A DNA stretch of 42,449 nucleotides from Octopus bimaculoides (lineage: Eukaryota): positions 6,060,394-6,102,842 of the forward strand of contig NC_068985.1 in assembly GCF_001194135.2 (NCBI RefSeq), in the 5' to 3' direction. Shown one piece after another: positions 10,987 through 23,795 of this stretch (the first letter of the stretch is position 1; every line of letters begins with the position of its first letter). The position numbers were made by a program, and so were the translations under genes. The notes beneath the pieces are model-generated. The model was not told the DNA's origin. It saw nothing but the letters and a program-made list of their open reading frames with translations, and did no database searches.

Positions 10987-12076
10987 CTCCCCTACTATGT
11001 TTCTTACAGCTGTGTTTCACTGAAGACTAGTTTATTGTTAGCAATAGAAATAGCGATTAATTCCATGAGCATATAATTACACATGTTTAATGCATCAACA
11101 TAAATTAAACCGGATAACTGATAGAAGGAGTTATTGAAGTAACAACAAAATTATAAAAGTGTTCTTTCTGAACAACGGAGTTTTCAAAATACAATGTCTT
11201 TTCCACATTGTATTTGAAGAACATATAACGTGGTAATTTTCAGGTGAGTCGAGTGAGGAAACGTAAGTTCGGTTAGTGGCTAAACTCTTTTGCAGTAGAT
11301 AATATATTAGATAGAAGAAATTACCACCATATCATTTTTAAACAAGTCGTCTAGGATAAATATTTAAAAATTTAAACGATAAATGTCCTCGTAATACACA
11401 CGTCGCAACATACTGGTAAACTTCCTCACTTTAAATTAATGTTTAGTTGACAATAAAAATTAAATTACACAATATGTTGCTGATTTTATGCGATAAGAAT
11501 AATTTTATTATCTCTAAACTAATAGAAATTGATTAAAAGAAAGTTTTTACCAAATTTCTATTCGACAGAAGTAAAGCACTTCAAGCGAGTATCATTTTTT
11601 CCACAGCACTTCTCTCTATTGTGTCGTTTCAAAATATCCGTGATTCTCTAATTGAACGAGCGTTATATACGACAAGCCGAAGAATTTTTTAATGTCATTT
11701 AAAGAAATAAACACAACATCATAAATGACGTCAAAAGCAGAAACTGCTTGAATCGTCACATCTTGGGAAATGTTCAAACACCAAGATGAAAACGAATTAA
11801 CCAAAGAAATATCTTTCAAACAATTTTCTAGAATCAGATAATTGAAAGTAAAATAAAGTTCTAATGGTTATGTACTTCAAATGTAACTCATGCACAGAAT
11901 CGTGTAAAGAATACAGCAAGTAAGATTGATCTAAAGTTCACTAACTTTGTACAAGCATTTCTTTGCATTCCACGCTGCTATATTTTTTTGCATATTTTAT
12001 TTTAAGCCCCTCGCAAAATATAATTCAATGAATTATAACTGCTATTAAAATCATATTGAACGACAAGATACAAACG

Positions 12077-12439
12077 TGGCACTCCGTCGGTTACGACAAC
12101 GAGGGTTCCAGTTGATCCGATCAACGGAACAGTCTGCGTCCCTAAATTAATGTGCAACTGGGTGAGCACTCCATAGAAACGTGTACCCTTAACGTAGTTC
12201 TCGGGAAGATTCAGTGCGGCACATAGTGTGACGAGGTTCACTCTTAGAGATACAGGTACAAAAGAGACAGGAAGAAAGAATGAGAGAAAGTTGTGGTGGA
12301 AGAGTACAGCAGCGTTCTTCCCCTTCCCCACCGGATCCTCAGGTGTTTTCGCTCAATAAACACTCGCATCGCTGGGAATCGAAACCGCGATACTACGACC
12401 ACGACTCCACTGCCCTAACCCCTGGACCATTGAGCCCCC
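12077..12439 (-). mobile_element. tRNA-derived SINE, family B
   Basis: Reverse complement of 3671-4040 with an internal deletion. B box GGTTTCGATTCCC. Confidence 0.85.
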
Positions 12440-12487
12440 ACTCCCGATACAATATGCTAGGTTTGTCAAGATATAAAAATATTTTGA

Positions 12488-12680
12488 AGCATCTAGCAAA
12501 ATTCCTCGCATTATTTGTTCCCTTTATGTTCTGAGTTCAAATACCCCTCAGGACCACTTTGCATTTCAATCTTTCCTGGTCGATAAAATAAATACCAGTT
12601 GAGTAGTGGGGCCGATGCAACCGACTTACAACTTCCTCCCCAAAATTGCTAGCCTTGTGTCAAAATTTGAAAACGATATT
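12488..12680 (+). mobile_element. Degenerate SINE, family A
   Basis: TTCTGAGTTCAAAT...CTTTGCATTTCAATCTTTCCTGGTCGATAAAATAAATACCAGTT...CCCCAAAATTGCTAGCCTTGTG. Confidence 0.75.
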
Positions 12681-12801
12681 TTTCTGTTTATGTTCAGAGG
12701 CCATCTTTCTTCATCGTTGAACATTCTCTGTTTTAGTCCAGACGAATAAAATGCCTCTTACAATATATGATAGGTGTAATCTTTCCCCCCACAAATATAG
12801 C

Positions 12802-12982
12802 GTCTGTGTCCCCACTAGCCATCACTTGAGAACCGATGATGGTCTGTTTATATACCTGTAACCTAGCGGTCGGGCAAAAATGGACGATAGAATAAGAACT
12901 AGGCTTAGAAAGAACAAATCGTCAGGTCGATTTCGTCGACTAAGACCCCTTAAGGAGGTGCTCAAGCATGGCTGCAGTCAAA
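12802..12982 (+). mobile_element. 3' half of a family D SINE
   Basis: Homologous to 7865-8040 (TAGCGGT..GGCAAAA...GATAGAATAAG...GCATGGCTGCAGTCAAAT). Confidence 0.75.
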
Positions 12983-13102
12983 TATATATATAATCCACTT
13001 CCGGTTATTGCAGGAAACGGAACTGGTACAAGTATAATCCATATCTGTCTCTACATGTCACATTGTGAATTGCAGCTTTCTACTAGAATTCCTTTATCTT
13101 TT

Positions 13103-14181
13103 ATGGCTGCTGAACTGGACCAAAATGTTATAAGGGAGGCAGATGAATGCAGATCAGTGATCAGGTCTTCATTCAAAGGTCGTACACCACAGAAGACTTT
13201 CTATAGGATGAAATAAGTTTATGCTGACAATACACAATCATACGATGTGGTCAAGCACTAGCATCGCCAGTTCAAATGTTGTCGGACATCGAAAGATTTT
13301 GCTCCTATTCCTAGAGGACCAGATTCCGCCATTGATGATGACACCATACATATACTCGAAGCCACCGTTTTGGAGCATGGCCGCATAACTATTCGGCAAC
13401 CAGCCTAAGAAGTGAAGATAAGTGTAGGTTCCGTGCTTAAAAATCATTCACGATCATTTGGACAAGCGGAAGTTGTCTGCACGATGTGACCCCGGATGCT
13501 GGCATCTTTTCAGAAGCAGGAACGAATCAGTTGCTCCCAAGAGCATTATACCAAGAAAACGAAGTGGACTTTTTCGGCGGACATATTAAACAGGATGAAG
13601 CATGAGTCCATCACTTTGATCCTGAGACTAAAGTCCACTCGAAGCAAAGACAGCATGATAACTCACCACCTACAAAGAAGGCTCGTATCCCACTCTGAGC
13701 AGGCAGAGTGATGCTCACAGTGTTTTCGGACCAGCGCGGAGTAGTGATGATGGATTTTCTGGCAAAGGGCACCACAATTAACGGAGCATATTATGCTTCT
13801 CAGCTGCAGAAATTGCGGTATGTTATCCTAGCGGGGAGATGTGGCATACTGACCGAAGGAGTCTGCCCCTTTGAAGACAACGCCCTAGCTCACAATTTAC
13901 ATATTATATTGCCCGGGTGAAAACACACTCCTGTGGCTATGAAATCCTTCCAGACCTCAATTACTCTCCCGACCTGGCACCATCTGCCTTCCACCTCTTT
14001 CCCAACATCAAGTCTTTTTGGAAAGGGAAACACTCTTTGGATGTTGTTGAATTTATTTCCGAAGTAAAATCTTGGCTCCAGATGCAACCTTCCGACTTCT
14101 ACAGACGAGCTCATCACAACTGCACAAAGCGATGCGAGAAGTGTTGTCACAATTGAGAGTGACTATGTAGAGAAGGACTAA
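13103..14181 (+). pseudogene. Degenerate mariner (Tc1/mariner) transposase, near full length
   Basis: Motifs across frames: CRSVIR..KGRTP (HTH), GSVLKIIHDHLDKRKLSAR, DEA*VHHFDPETK (first catalytic D), VMLTVFSDQRGVVMMDFLAKGTTINGAYY, EDNALAH (second D), YSPDLAPSAFHLFP, DYVEKD*. Many stops and frameshifts. TIRs not recognised. Confidence 0.9.
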
Positions 14182-14383
14182 TACACATTTGCTATACAGA
14201 GCTTCTGCATATTGAAATTATTAACAAAATTTTTCTTTTGTGTGTATTGAAATGAATAATGATGCAATCAATGCTAATTCTTGGCTTCAAGTTGCATACA
14301 CGACATAAGAGTCTTTCTGGCAGATTTTACTGAAAGAGGGGTACAAATTATGATTGATGATCACATGCTTCAATTTGTCATTG

Positions 14384-14601
14384 ATATTCTTTTCTACTCT
14401 AGGCGCAAGACCCGAAATGTTGCGGTATGGGTCAGTCGATTAGATCAACCCCAGTACGCAACTGGAGCTTAATTTATCGACCCCGAAAGGCTGAAAGGCA
14501 AAGTCGACCTTAGCGGAATATGAACTCAGAATGTAAAGACACACGAAATATCGTAATCATTTCGTTCGTTCGCGCTAACGATTCTGCTAGCTCGCAGCCT
14601 T
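14384..14601 (-). mobile_element. SINE, family A
   Basis: Full reverse-complement match, from the head AAGGCTGCGAGCTAGCAGAATCGTTAGC to the tail TAGAGTAGAAAAGAATAT. Confidence 0.85.
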
Positions 14602-15069
14602 AATATCTCATTAATATTGTCAAACCAGCTACAGAGTTCCTTGCACATGATTGTATTTACAGTTAATATAGGAAAATATTATTTATTTGGATTTGCTTGT
14701 TTTGTTAACATCTCTTCAGGAATAATTTTGGTCTTTGCCATGTGTGTAAGATGATTAATTCCTCGACCAATTAAACGGAGGAGGATTTTAATTAGATGAA
14801 AAAGAGTTTTTCGTGAAACATAGTCGAAATATATTTGGCCTTCATGAAAGAGTGTATTTCTTAAGACAACAGCATCGTCGAAAACTCTGTCAAGGAGAAC
14901 GGAAAGGAAACGTAATTATGTATAACATATTTTATGCTAATATTTCCCCCCTTTTATATCTGCGATAAATGAAATATGGCATAGAAATATGGTTAAGAAT
15001 ATTCTGGAAACCAACTCAGAGCATATGTATCCAAGAAACGGGAAATTCAGTCTAACAAAGAAATGAAAT

Positions 15070-15070
<1 letters not shown>

Positions 15071-15157
<87 letters not shown>
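15071..15157. repeat. (TACA)n/(TA)n compound microsatellite
   Basis: Directly visible. Similar TA/CA/TG tracts are at 3641-3670, 5282-5317, 17250-17282, 19540-20100, 31730-31880, 36900-36941 and 37153-37196. Confidence 0.95.
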
Positions 15158-15162
<5 letters not shown>

Positions 15163-17245
15163 AACGTACACACACACATACACACATATACATACACGGT
15201 TGTGGTGTGTATATGTGTGTGCATGTAAATGCGGGCGTGTATAAGTGAATGTGAATGTCCATGTGTACGCATTTTCCTCTTCAGTAAGTTTGATAAAAAC
15301 ACTTCACATTCCAGAGACTTGATTTTCATTTTCCTATATGTACTCTTTCCAGAGAATTGGAGTTAGAAAAAAACAAAACTGCTTTGAAATCGTTTGGAGA
15401 ATGTAATACAAATTAAAAGGGAAGATCATTATTGAACCATTTTAAAAATTTATTTTACATTACATAGGTAAATAAAAAATAATAATGTCTCATTGAGATG
15501 TCAGGTCAGTGAATCAATCAATTCGTTTGAGAAATTCAATTAGAAAGTAAATTAAAACAGAAAATAAATTGTTTCATCGAAACAAATAGACAATTTAAAT
15601 TGAAAAAAATCTGAATCAAACATCTGAATAAAAAGCATCTAAAAGCTATGATTGTGGAATTTAGAAAAAGAATATATTAAATGAAGGTAGCCAATTACAG
15701 TAAAATTTTAAATTGTTAGTTAGAAGTCTAATTTGTGCAGATTTATTCAAGTAGAATTGAAAACATCATGCTTTTATTTTTTCAGGTGACTTTTTGTAAA
15801 CTAGTGGTTAGCATATATACACGAATGCATATACACACATGCATTCTTACATATATAAATACCATCATACATATATAATATAAACATATATATTTACACA
15901 CGTATTTATATATCTGTGAGTGTGTGTACGTGTGTGTGTTTCATCTAATCAGTTACGATTAAATGAAAAAGACAAAACAAAAAACTCGATTTTTTGCAAA
16001 CATTTCAGTCTGCTAAAATTTCCATTGGACATCTTCCCTAAATATTTTCAGTTACCAAAAAGCACACTGATATTTTTGAAAAACTAAATATTTCCGAATG
16101 ACATATCTACCCACAAGTATTTCCTACAGATCTACAAATGCATACCTACATACATATACATAAACACACCCACATGAACACAAATATGTATTATTGCATG
16201 TATGTATATATATATATGTATATATATACTAGTCGGTGGATACACATATTTATCATCCTCACTTTAATGCTGGTGTCTCACTCGAAATATTTAATACTTT
16301 TTAATGGTGATTATGGCTACGTTATAATTATAATTAATTATATAATGTAATTATAGTCATATAGCTGAACACACGGCTTTCAGAGTAAATCAATGTCTAA
16401 TGTACATTATCGCCACAAGTAAAAAGTATTTTTTGATTTTACTTGTGGCTGGAGTTTGATTTTATTTTTACCAAAGAACGATCATTCCAAACAATTCGTA
16501 TGGTTAATGAACGTACAAGAGATGCTTTCCAGAGAATGCAACTGTGTAAACATACGATGGCTCACTACATTTATCGCGTAAAATATATGAGCAGAGGCAG
16601 ATACGTCAATCGTACAATCTAATGAAATTTTAAACAACACATATTTAATCCTGTTTGTAGGAAATGACTCAACGCTGTGCTTGATCTACGAAATAAGTGT
16701 TAAATGCATACTATGTTGATGTGACTGAGTGTCTAAAATGAATACCTGTTCGTGAGTTAACAAAGGAACAAACGTTAATCAATGCATATGTCAGTAGTTA
16801 AGACATTTTTATATCAGTGAAATATACAGGATAAGTGTTTAAAATTATTTTCATTATAATATTAAAAATACACACTATTCAGATGTAAATATTAACTTAA
16901 TGTCTTGCCTGTCCATTTTCATCGGTTTGTTCTTAACTTGTCTACGCTTGTAGTCAGACAATTCGTTTGTTCTTGTTTTATCGGTTCTGAGTGATATAAA
17001 GATTACGTTGCATAAATCCCTGCTAGTCTGGGGATTAAATAGAAAAAAAACCCCAGAAAACTGAGGACCTGTATCGTATTCGATGCATGGGAATTCAAGG
17101 AATATTTTTCTGCGTATCGCATGTCATATCAGATAAAACAGTCAATTTGTGTTATGTTTATAACTTGCATTATAAATATAATACTTAGACTGACGCAGAC
17201 ACACAGACACACACATATGCATAGTTGTACGTGTGTGCATTTCTG

Positions 17246-17285
<40 letters not shown>

Positions 17286-19726
17286 ATATTATATGTGTGA
17301 ACTAAGAAAGATACCCTCCACATGGAATTGGGAATATTACTTCCAGCAGTGTACGTTAATTAATTAAAATCTAATATTCATTACATTGCAACATATTGTC
17401 ATTTTTTTTCTTTTCTTACTTGCAGTACAAAAATTATGTAATTCATTAAATTTCATTGTCTAAGCTGAATATGTGCAAGAATATCTATATCGTGAAATCA
17501 CAAATGAAAAGGAATTTCACAGATGCCATTGATTTATTATCGGAAATGAAGTAGACATAATGGACGGTATGCGAACGGGAATTAGCAGTAAATATTATAT
17601 AAGGACATTAAGCTATTGCCTGATAATTAGCTTGATAATTAGAATCGATAACATGTAATGCTAGACGTTAACTAGGTGTTGTTATTGTCTTGGTGTAGTC
17701 GACGGAATGGTGTGTGTCTGCTAAATCACTTGATAATTTTCTTAATATGAACGTGCCGAAAATATTAGATCATCTGTGTAGAGTTCAGTTTTCATCAAAT
17801 ATGTAATCTGATTCCAATACTTAATATTTCGTAAGTATACGTGACTTGATCGGTTAAGTATATACTGCAATTTGTCTTAGAGTATTGTTCACACTAAAGT
17901 AAGCTCGGATCTTTCGCATACACGTCCTATGAATGTCATTCAAAGCATCGTTTTCTTACCCTACCATATATAAAGCATAATTAACGAAAGGATATGCTAA
18001 TGTTATAAAATAAGAATAGGCTCCTTTCGTAATATAGGTTCCATAAATTACAACATATGCAATGACAACGGACTTTGGGCTTACTTTCTGTTGTGTCGAC
18101 ACCCCCAGGCGAAGAAGTAGGATCTGCCAAGACATATAAATAGAGGTAGTATGGCTGTGGTAGGACTGTTGAGTAGCAGTCGAGTAGCAGTTGTTTAGTG
18201 GTAGAGATCATCCGAAGGTGCTAGATGGAAATAGTGTTGAGACATAACACTTTCAATTCTGACAATAACGATGTACACATTCTTATCGAGACTCCTTCCA
18301 AAATTCCTATCAGTGTTACATTATAAGTGTAGCTGGGGCTGTGCACATGAATTACTCCCCTCCAATGTCTCCGCATAAACGTAATAATATTGGTGCAGCT
18401 GATATTTGCCTTGAACAATCTACAAATTGTTTGCACTCTTATGTCAAGAAATACTAGACCTTTTGAAGAACCTGTTCGCAATGACAAGCGAATACAATTT
18501 TGTTGATGTATCTTTCTGAAAGACATGTTTGTGATTAAATATGTTATATATTTTCCATCTGGAATGATATCCATATTATTATATGGGAATTGTTATAGAA
18601 ATGTAGATAGAAACATGCAATTCATCGTGTGGCATGAAATGAGAATTACTTGCCAGCAAGCGAATCACATTTATTATTGGAATTTAGTTTTCTTTCGGTG
18701 AGTATACATAAATTCCAACTCGACATTTGGAGCTTTATATAAGATATCGAAATGAATAGTCTGGAATGTCAAAGATCCTTGTGTTAGAACACTTGTTCCA
18801 ATGTTCATGGCAAGTAGAAAAAATACAACTGGATAAGCAGTTATTTCTGTGTGTTACATATTCATAAATAGTCCATTCGCGTTCATACAACTATGAATTT
18901 GATTACAAGAGTTGCTGTAATTCTTGCCATTAATAATTATTGATGTATCAATTAATAATAACATATTATAAATGCTTTGTTTTTGCTCAAGCAAAATCAT
19001 AGTTTATTGGAAGGATTAGATAAACAACTACATTATAATAAGTGTACACATATCCGATTAACAACTACAAATGCAGCGTTGTTGAAACACAAGAGAAAAA
19101 TGCATTAGCATGTTGAAAGTAATGTTGTTTCATTTGTTTATGCTTCTGAAAGCGGTGCTGAAATAATTCGCGGAAACTTGACTTTAGATCATCAATGCGT
19201 TTAAAGCTAGATTTGGATATGTGAGTTGTGGCTCTTACAACCTTATGGGAAATCAATAGTTCTTGGAGAAGAAATTAACGATTAACGGAAATTGTAGGAT
19301 CTATATCATGGCTTTTTCATGTATATATATATAAATCCTACTAAATTATATTTCTGTGGCATGTTACGTATCTTTATGTACACCCATATATCATGATATA
19401 TTGCCAAAAATAAAATTATTCCATTCATCATCGGGTTACACTACACATTTGAATCTACGCAAACAGGTAGGTAAAACGCTTTCGAACATATATACGCATG
19501 CGTGTGCGCTTATATGCACATAGACAAAAAGCCACAAATATATTTGCATAAATATGTGTGTGTGCGCGTGCGTTCCTGTGCGTATATATATGAGTGTGTG
19601 TATGTATGTATGTATATATATATATTTATATATATATATACATGCATATATACATTCATATATGTGTACATATAAACACATATATATATGTATATACATA
19701 TGTATAAATATAAAAACCTATACATA

Positions 19727-19777
<51 letters not shown>

Positions 19778-20052
19778 NNNNNNNNNNNNNNNNNNNNNNN
19801 NNNNNNNNNNNNNNNNNNNNNNNNNNNNNNNNNNNNNNNNNNNNNNNNNNNNNNNNNNNNNNNNNNNNNNNNNNNNNNNNNNNNNNNNNNNNNNNNNNNN
19901 NNNNNNNNNNNNNNNNNNNNNNNNNNNNNNNNNNNNNNNNNNNNNNNNNNNNNNNNNNTATATGTGTGTGTGTGTGTGTGTGTGTTTGTGTTTGTGTGTG
20001 TGTATATCTGTCTATCTATCTTTATACACAGTTACATACATACACACACAGA

Positions 20053-20106
<54 letters not shown>

Positions 20107-20698
20107 ATGTGATTATTATTATGCAAACAGAAGCATACTCGTAACTTCAGAAAATATATAAAAGTATATTCAAATTTGTCATCCAGTAAATTCGCATAAA
20201 GATCCGTATAACTTTGTAGATAAAGTGAAGCTATATAATAAATTTATTTTCACCGCCTGGAACAACACGATTTCAAAAGAGAGAAAGTAATTGCATGGAA
20301 CATAATATGAAATCCAGAGCTATAAATATAAAACGGATACAATCTTTAGCAAACTAGTTTGCAAATGTTGATATTGTATTTATCCGGGGTTTAGGTACGG
20401 TTATAATTCAAGTTGTCGGTTATTCTGTGTAAACATTTATCTTCCAAACTGGGAACAGTTTTAATACATAAAATACTGTAAATTATTAATGTTTTATTAC
20501 ATCATGCGTCAAATGTATGCAATTAATACACGGTGATTCAATTCTATTTCAGCAATCCGTTTTCTTAGTTGATTTTTATTTTTATTTTTTGAAATATTAC
20601 AGATGAAAATTCACATTGTTAACGTAAGATATCTAAACCGCGTCTCCTGATTCAATGCGGTTGTGATCTTCACAATGCCGGAGATTATGCTTATACTG

Positions 20699-20902
20699 AT
20701 AATCCTTTTACAATAGGGGCACAAGGCCTGGTATTTATGGGTAGAGGGACAGTCGATCAAGTACTTGATCTATCGACCCCGAAAGGATGAAAGGCAAAGT
20801 CGACTCGTGCGGAACTTTGAATACAGAACGTAATGGCAGACGAAATGTCGATCAGCATTTATTTAGCTCGGCCTGCTAACGATTCAGCCAGTTCGCCGCC
20901 TT
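20699..20902 (-). mobile_element. SINE, family A (internal deletion)
   Basis: ATCGACCCCGAAAGGATGAAAGGCAAAGTCGAC...GCTAACGATTCAGCCAGTTCGCCGCCTT. Confidence 0.85.
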
Positions 20903-20930
20903 AATCGCCGATACTAATAATGATAAGATG

Positions 20931-20931
20931 G

Positions 20932-21001
<70 letters not shown>

Positions 21002-21031
21002 TCTTCTACCACCACCACCACCACCACCACC

Positions 21032-21089
<58 letters not shown>

Positions 21090-21122
21090 GCACCACTACT
21101 ACCACCACAACCATCACCACCG

Positions 21123-21183
<61 letters not shown>
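20931..21183. repeat. Compound (TAC)n/(CAC)n microsatellite
   Basis: Alternating TAC and CAC blocks. It produces the poly-L, poly-P, poly-S and poly-V ORFs in the track. Confidence 0.95.
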
Positions 21184-21184
21184 C

Positions 21185-21716
21185 TGGCTCATGGAGGCGT
21201 CTGAAAGGTCTGGAGACAAAGACTTTCCTTTCTGGTGAATCTCTCATCAACTTCTTCAAGTATCACTTGAAGAGGAAGGTGAGAGTAGAGAGGGAAGTTT
21301 TGTCTACCGAATGCTTCAAAAAAAGATGGGTGAATGCTGCAAGGATGGCACATGTGAATGACGGAGCCAGCTTGAGCTTGAGCATAATCCTATGAACCCC
21401 CCACCCCCCAAAAAATACAGAAAGGAAAAACAGAGTCACTTACTGTAATGTGTTTTTTTTTTGCATGACATTATTGCCCACAATTTCCGTGGTCTTTTCC
21501 GTAAGCTTTTCTGTCCACGGATAAACCTAATCTGTTTTCCCTTTTTACATTGACATTTCAGTGATACACGATCCTTCTTGATCGGCCTTTTTTTTTTCTA
21601 CGATCCCTTTTGATCGAAATTCAACACACTTTTTTTTCTCTCGTTCTTCTTCCCCAAAAGAAAAGCTCTACTTTGATCCCCTTTGTGTCCAGCCCTGTGT
21701 GGCCAGTAAAGAAACA
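21185..21716 (+). mobile_element. 5'-truncated Tx1/L1-like LINE 3' end (ORF2 C-terminus plus 3' UTR)
   Basis: 21192-21395 encodes WRRLKGLETKTFLSGESLINFFKYHLKRKVRVEREVLSTECFKKRWVNAARMAHVNDGASLSLSIIL*, resembling the W..R...L..FF...L..K.R.ER...F..RW C-terminal pattern of Tx1-type ORF2 (recalled, not searched). A T-rich UTR ends ...TGTGGCCAGTAAAGAAAC. Confidence 0.6.
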
Positions 21717-21983
21717 TATTATTATTATTATTGTTCAGTAGTTTTATTTTTATAACGTGCTTTCACTTCACTACCGAGCGCAGGTCTGTGCGCCTTGGGT
21801 ATGTGCTGTGGTTTGTTGTGGTGCTCTTATGTTTACTGTATTGAAAGTGTTTTGCGTACAATGTGTGCAGTACCCAGTAGTGCAATTTTCTGTATGTTAT
21901 ATATATTTGTAAGTCCTGGTATTTTTGTTATGTATTTGTCTGAATATTTTTTTATTATACCTAAGGCACCTACTATGATAGGA
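21717..21983 (-). mobile_element. 5'-truncated R4/Dong-like element, subfamily 1, flanked by TTA tracts on both sides
   Basis: Near-identical reverse complement of 55-327. (TAT)n at 21717-21732 and (ATT)n at 21985-22060. Confidence 0.9.
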
Positions 21984-22058
<75 letters not shown>

Positions 22059-22061
<3 letters not shown>

Positions 22062-22258
22062 GGTGATGATCTGGCACGCCGGGCAAAATGCTTAGCGGTA
22101 TTTCACTACGTTCTTTCTTTCAAATTCGGCCGAGGTCGACTTTGCATTTCATCCTTTCGAGGTGGATAAATGAAATACCAGTTATGCACTGGGATCGAAG
22201 CAATCGACTTAATCTCTTCCTCCAAATTTGACGCCTTGTGCTTCCAATAGAAATGATT
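22059..22258 (+). mobile_element. SINE, family A, with ATC/ATT tail expansion
   Basis: AAGGTGATGATCTGGCACGCCGGGCAAAATGCTTAGCGG...GAGGTCGACTTTGCATTTCATCCTTTCG...AGAAATGATTATCATC. Confidence 0.85.
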
Positions 22259-22654
22259 ATCATCATCATCATCATCATCATCATCATTATTATTATTATG
22301 ATTATTAATGATGGTAATGGTAGTCTAAAGAGCGCAACGACTATCATTCCCAACGGTTAATAATATAGCATTAGCAGAAAAATGATAAATTACACAAATA
22401 ATCATAGCAATAGTTCGAAATAGATGTAATACAAAGTGGATGAATTGAGAAGAGAGACAATTGTCTATAATAAGTATCGTTGAAGTAATTGAAAATCTGC
22501 AGGCAAATATATGCCGCATGAGAAGCTTCACAATACTTAAGCAGATGGATAACGTGTAGCAAATATAACTGTTAACTTCTGCAAGAGTAATCTCTCGAAT
22601 GATGTAGACATGAGAAAATACAATGACAACACAAAACGCTGGACGCAAGTAAGT

Positions 22655-22677
22655 CTACTACTACAACTACTACTACA

Positions 22678-22727
<50 letters not shown>

Positions 22728-22765
22728 CACTACTACTACTACTTCTACTACTGCTGCTGCTGCTG

Positions 22766-22802
<37 letters not shown>

Positions 22803-22843
22803 TACTGCTGCTGCTGCTGCTGCCACTACTACTATTACTACTA

Positions 22844-22900
<57 letters not shown>

Positions 22901-23010
22901 ATAATAATAATAATAATGATAATAATAATAATATAATAAGAATGATAATAATAATAATAATAAGAATAATTAAAAAAAAATAATAATGATAATGATAATA
23001 ATAATAATAA
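22655..23010. repeat. Compound (TAC)n/(TGC)n/(TAA)n microsatellite with a duplicated ~55-bp higher-order unit
   Basis: The block ACTTCTACTACTGCTGCTGCTGCTGCCACTACTAC occurs twice (~22741 and ~22795), then the tract grades into TAA. Confidence 0.95.
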
Positions 23011-23012
23011 TT

Positions 23013-23309
23013 GATTACTACCTAGATCAGATTCCAGGAAACCCCAAAATGGCTGAAGTTCAAAAGATAGTGCTCATGGGAACTGCCCATATCCTACGTA
23101 AAATACTGTCTATGTGATCTCAAATTTTGAAACAAACACATAATTTTCTTATGGTTTCTTAAACATTCACTTGAACAAAACTGTACAAATCCAAATATAT
23201 GGTACCCTAGGCATAACACCTACATGAACTTCTAACTTGTTGTCTCTTGAGGTCTCTGGGTGAGTCTTGGATCCAACTTGTACAAATGCAAAACAAAAGT
23301 CAAACATAA

Positions 23310-23310
<1 letters not shown>
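23013..23310 (+). mobile_element. 5'-truncated R4/Dong-like element, subfamily 2, embedded in a TAA tract
   Basis: 23013-23117 encodes DYYLDQIPGNPKMAEVQKIVLMGTAHILRKILSM*, sharing the QK..L.GTAHILRK.LS motif with 3-206 but with a different 3' UTR. TAA repeats lie on both sides. Confidence 0.85.
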
Positions 23311-23344
<34 letters not shown>

Positions 23345-23795
23345 TAATAATAATAATAATGATGATGATGATGATGATGATGATGGTCATGATGATGATG
23401 ATGATGATGATGATAATGGCGGGATGGGTTACTCGTCCAGAAGAAAATTCTAACTGAGACCCGCCTGCAAGGATATGCGCTGTATGTCTTGATATCAGAT
23501 CACCATGTCGCTCACACGATTAGGTTACATAAAATACGGACAACATTGTTTTTTTTAATGTTTACATAGCCAGGCCTATTCTCTATTTTCGTAGGAGGGG
23601 ATAGCCACAATAAGATACACACCAGGAATTCCATAAATTTCATTCATTTCCAAGTTCAAAGAGGCGAGCGCCGTTCTATGCTCGGGTCAAGGCATAAAAC
23701 GCAACCACCAATATCAGCAGCAGGTCCCGGTAGCATATGCTGGTTTAGCCCCCTGCATCATGCTGGTTCCGTAACACTTTGAGCAACATCAAATT

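Noticed and set aside
11236-11270. CAG|GTGAGT and AC|GTAAGT splice-like sites (possible micro-exon)
   Set aside because: The 19-nt interval is not frame-preserving and has no other support.
18221-18574. 117-aa minus-strand ORF with a possible acceptor near 18520 and donor near 17960 as a host exon
   Set aside because: No recognisable domain, all frames close before the donor, and no supporting neighbouring exons.
20876-21395. Long low-complexity ORFs (poly-L/P/S/V) as real proteins
   Set aside because: They are microsatellite read-through. Only 21192-21395 is coding-derived (LINE). The same applies to the poly-I, YI and N-spanning ORFs elsewhere in the track.
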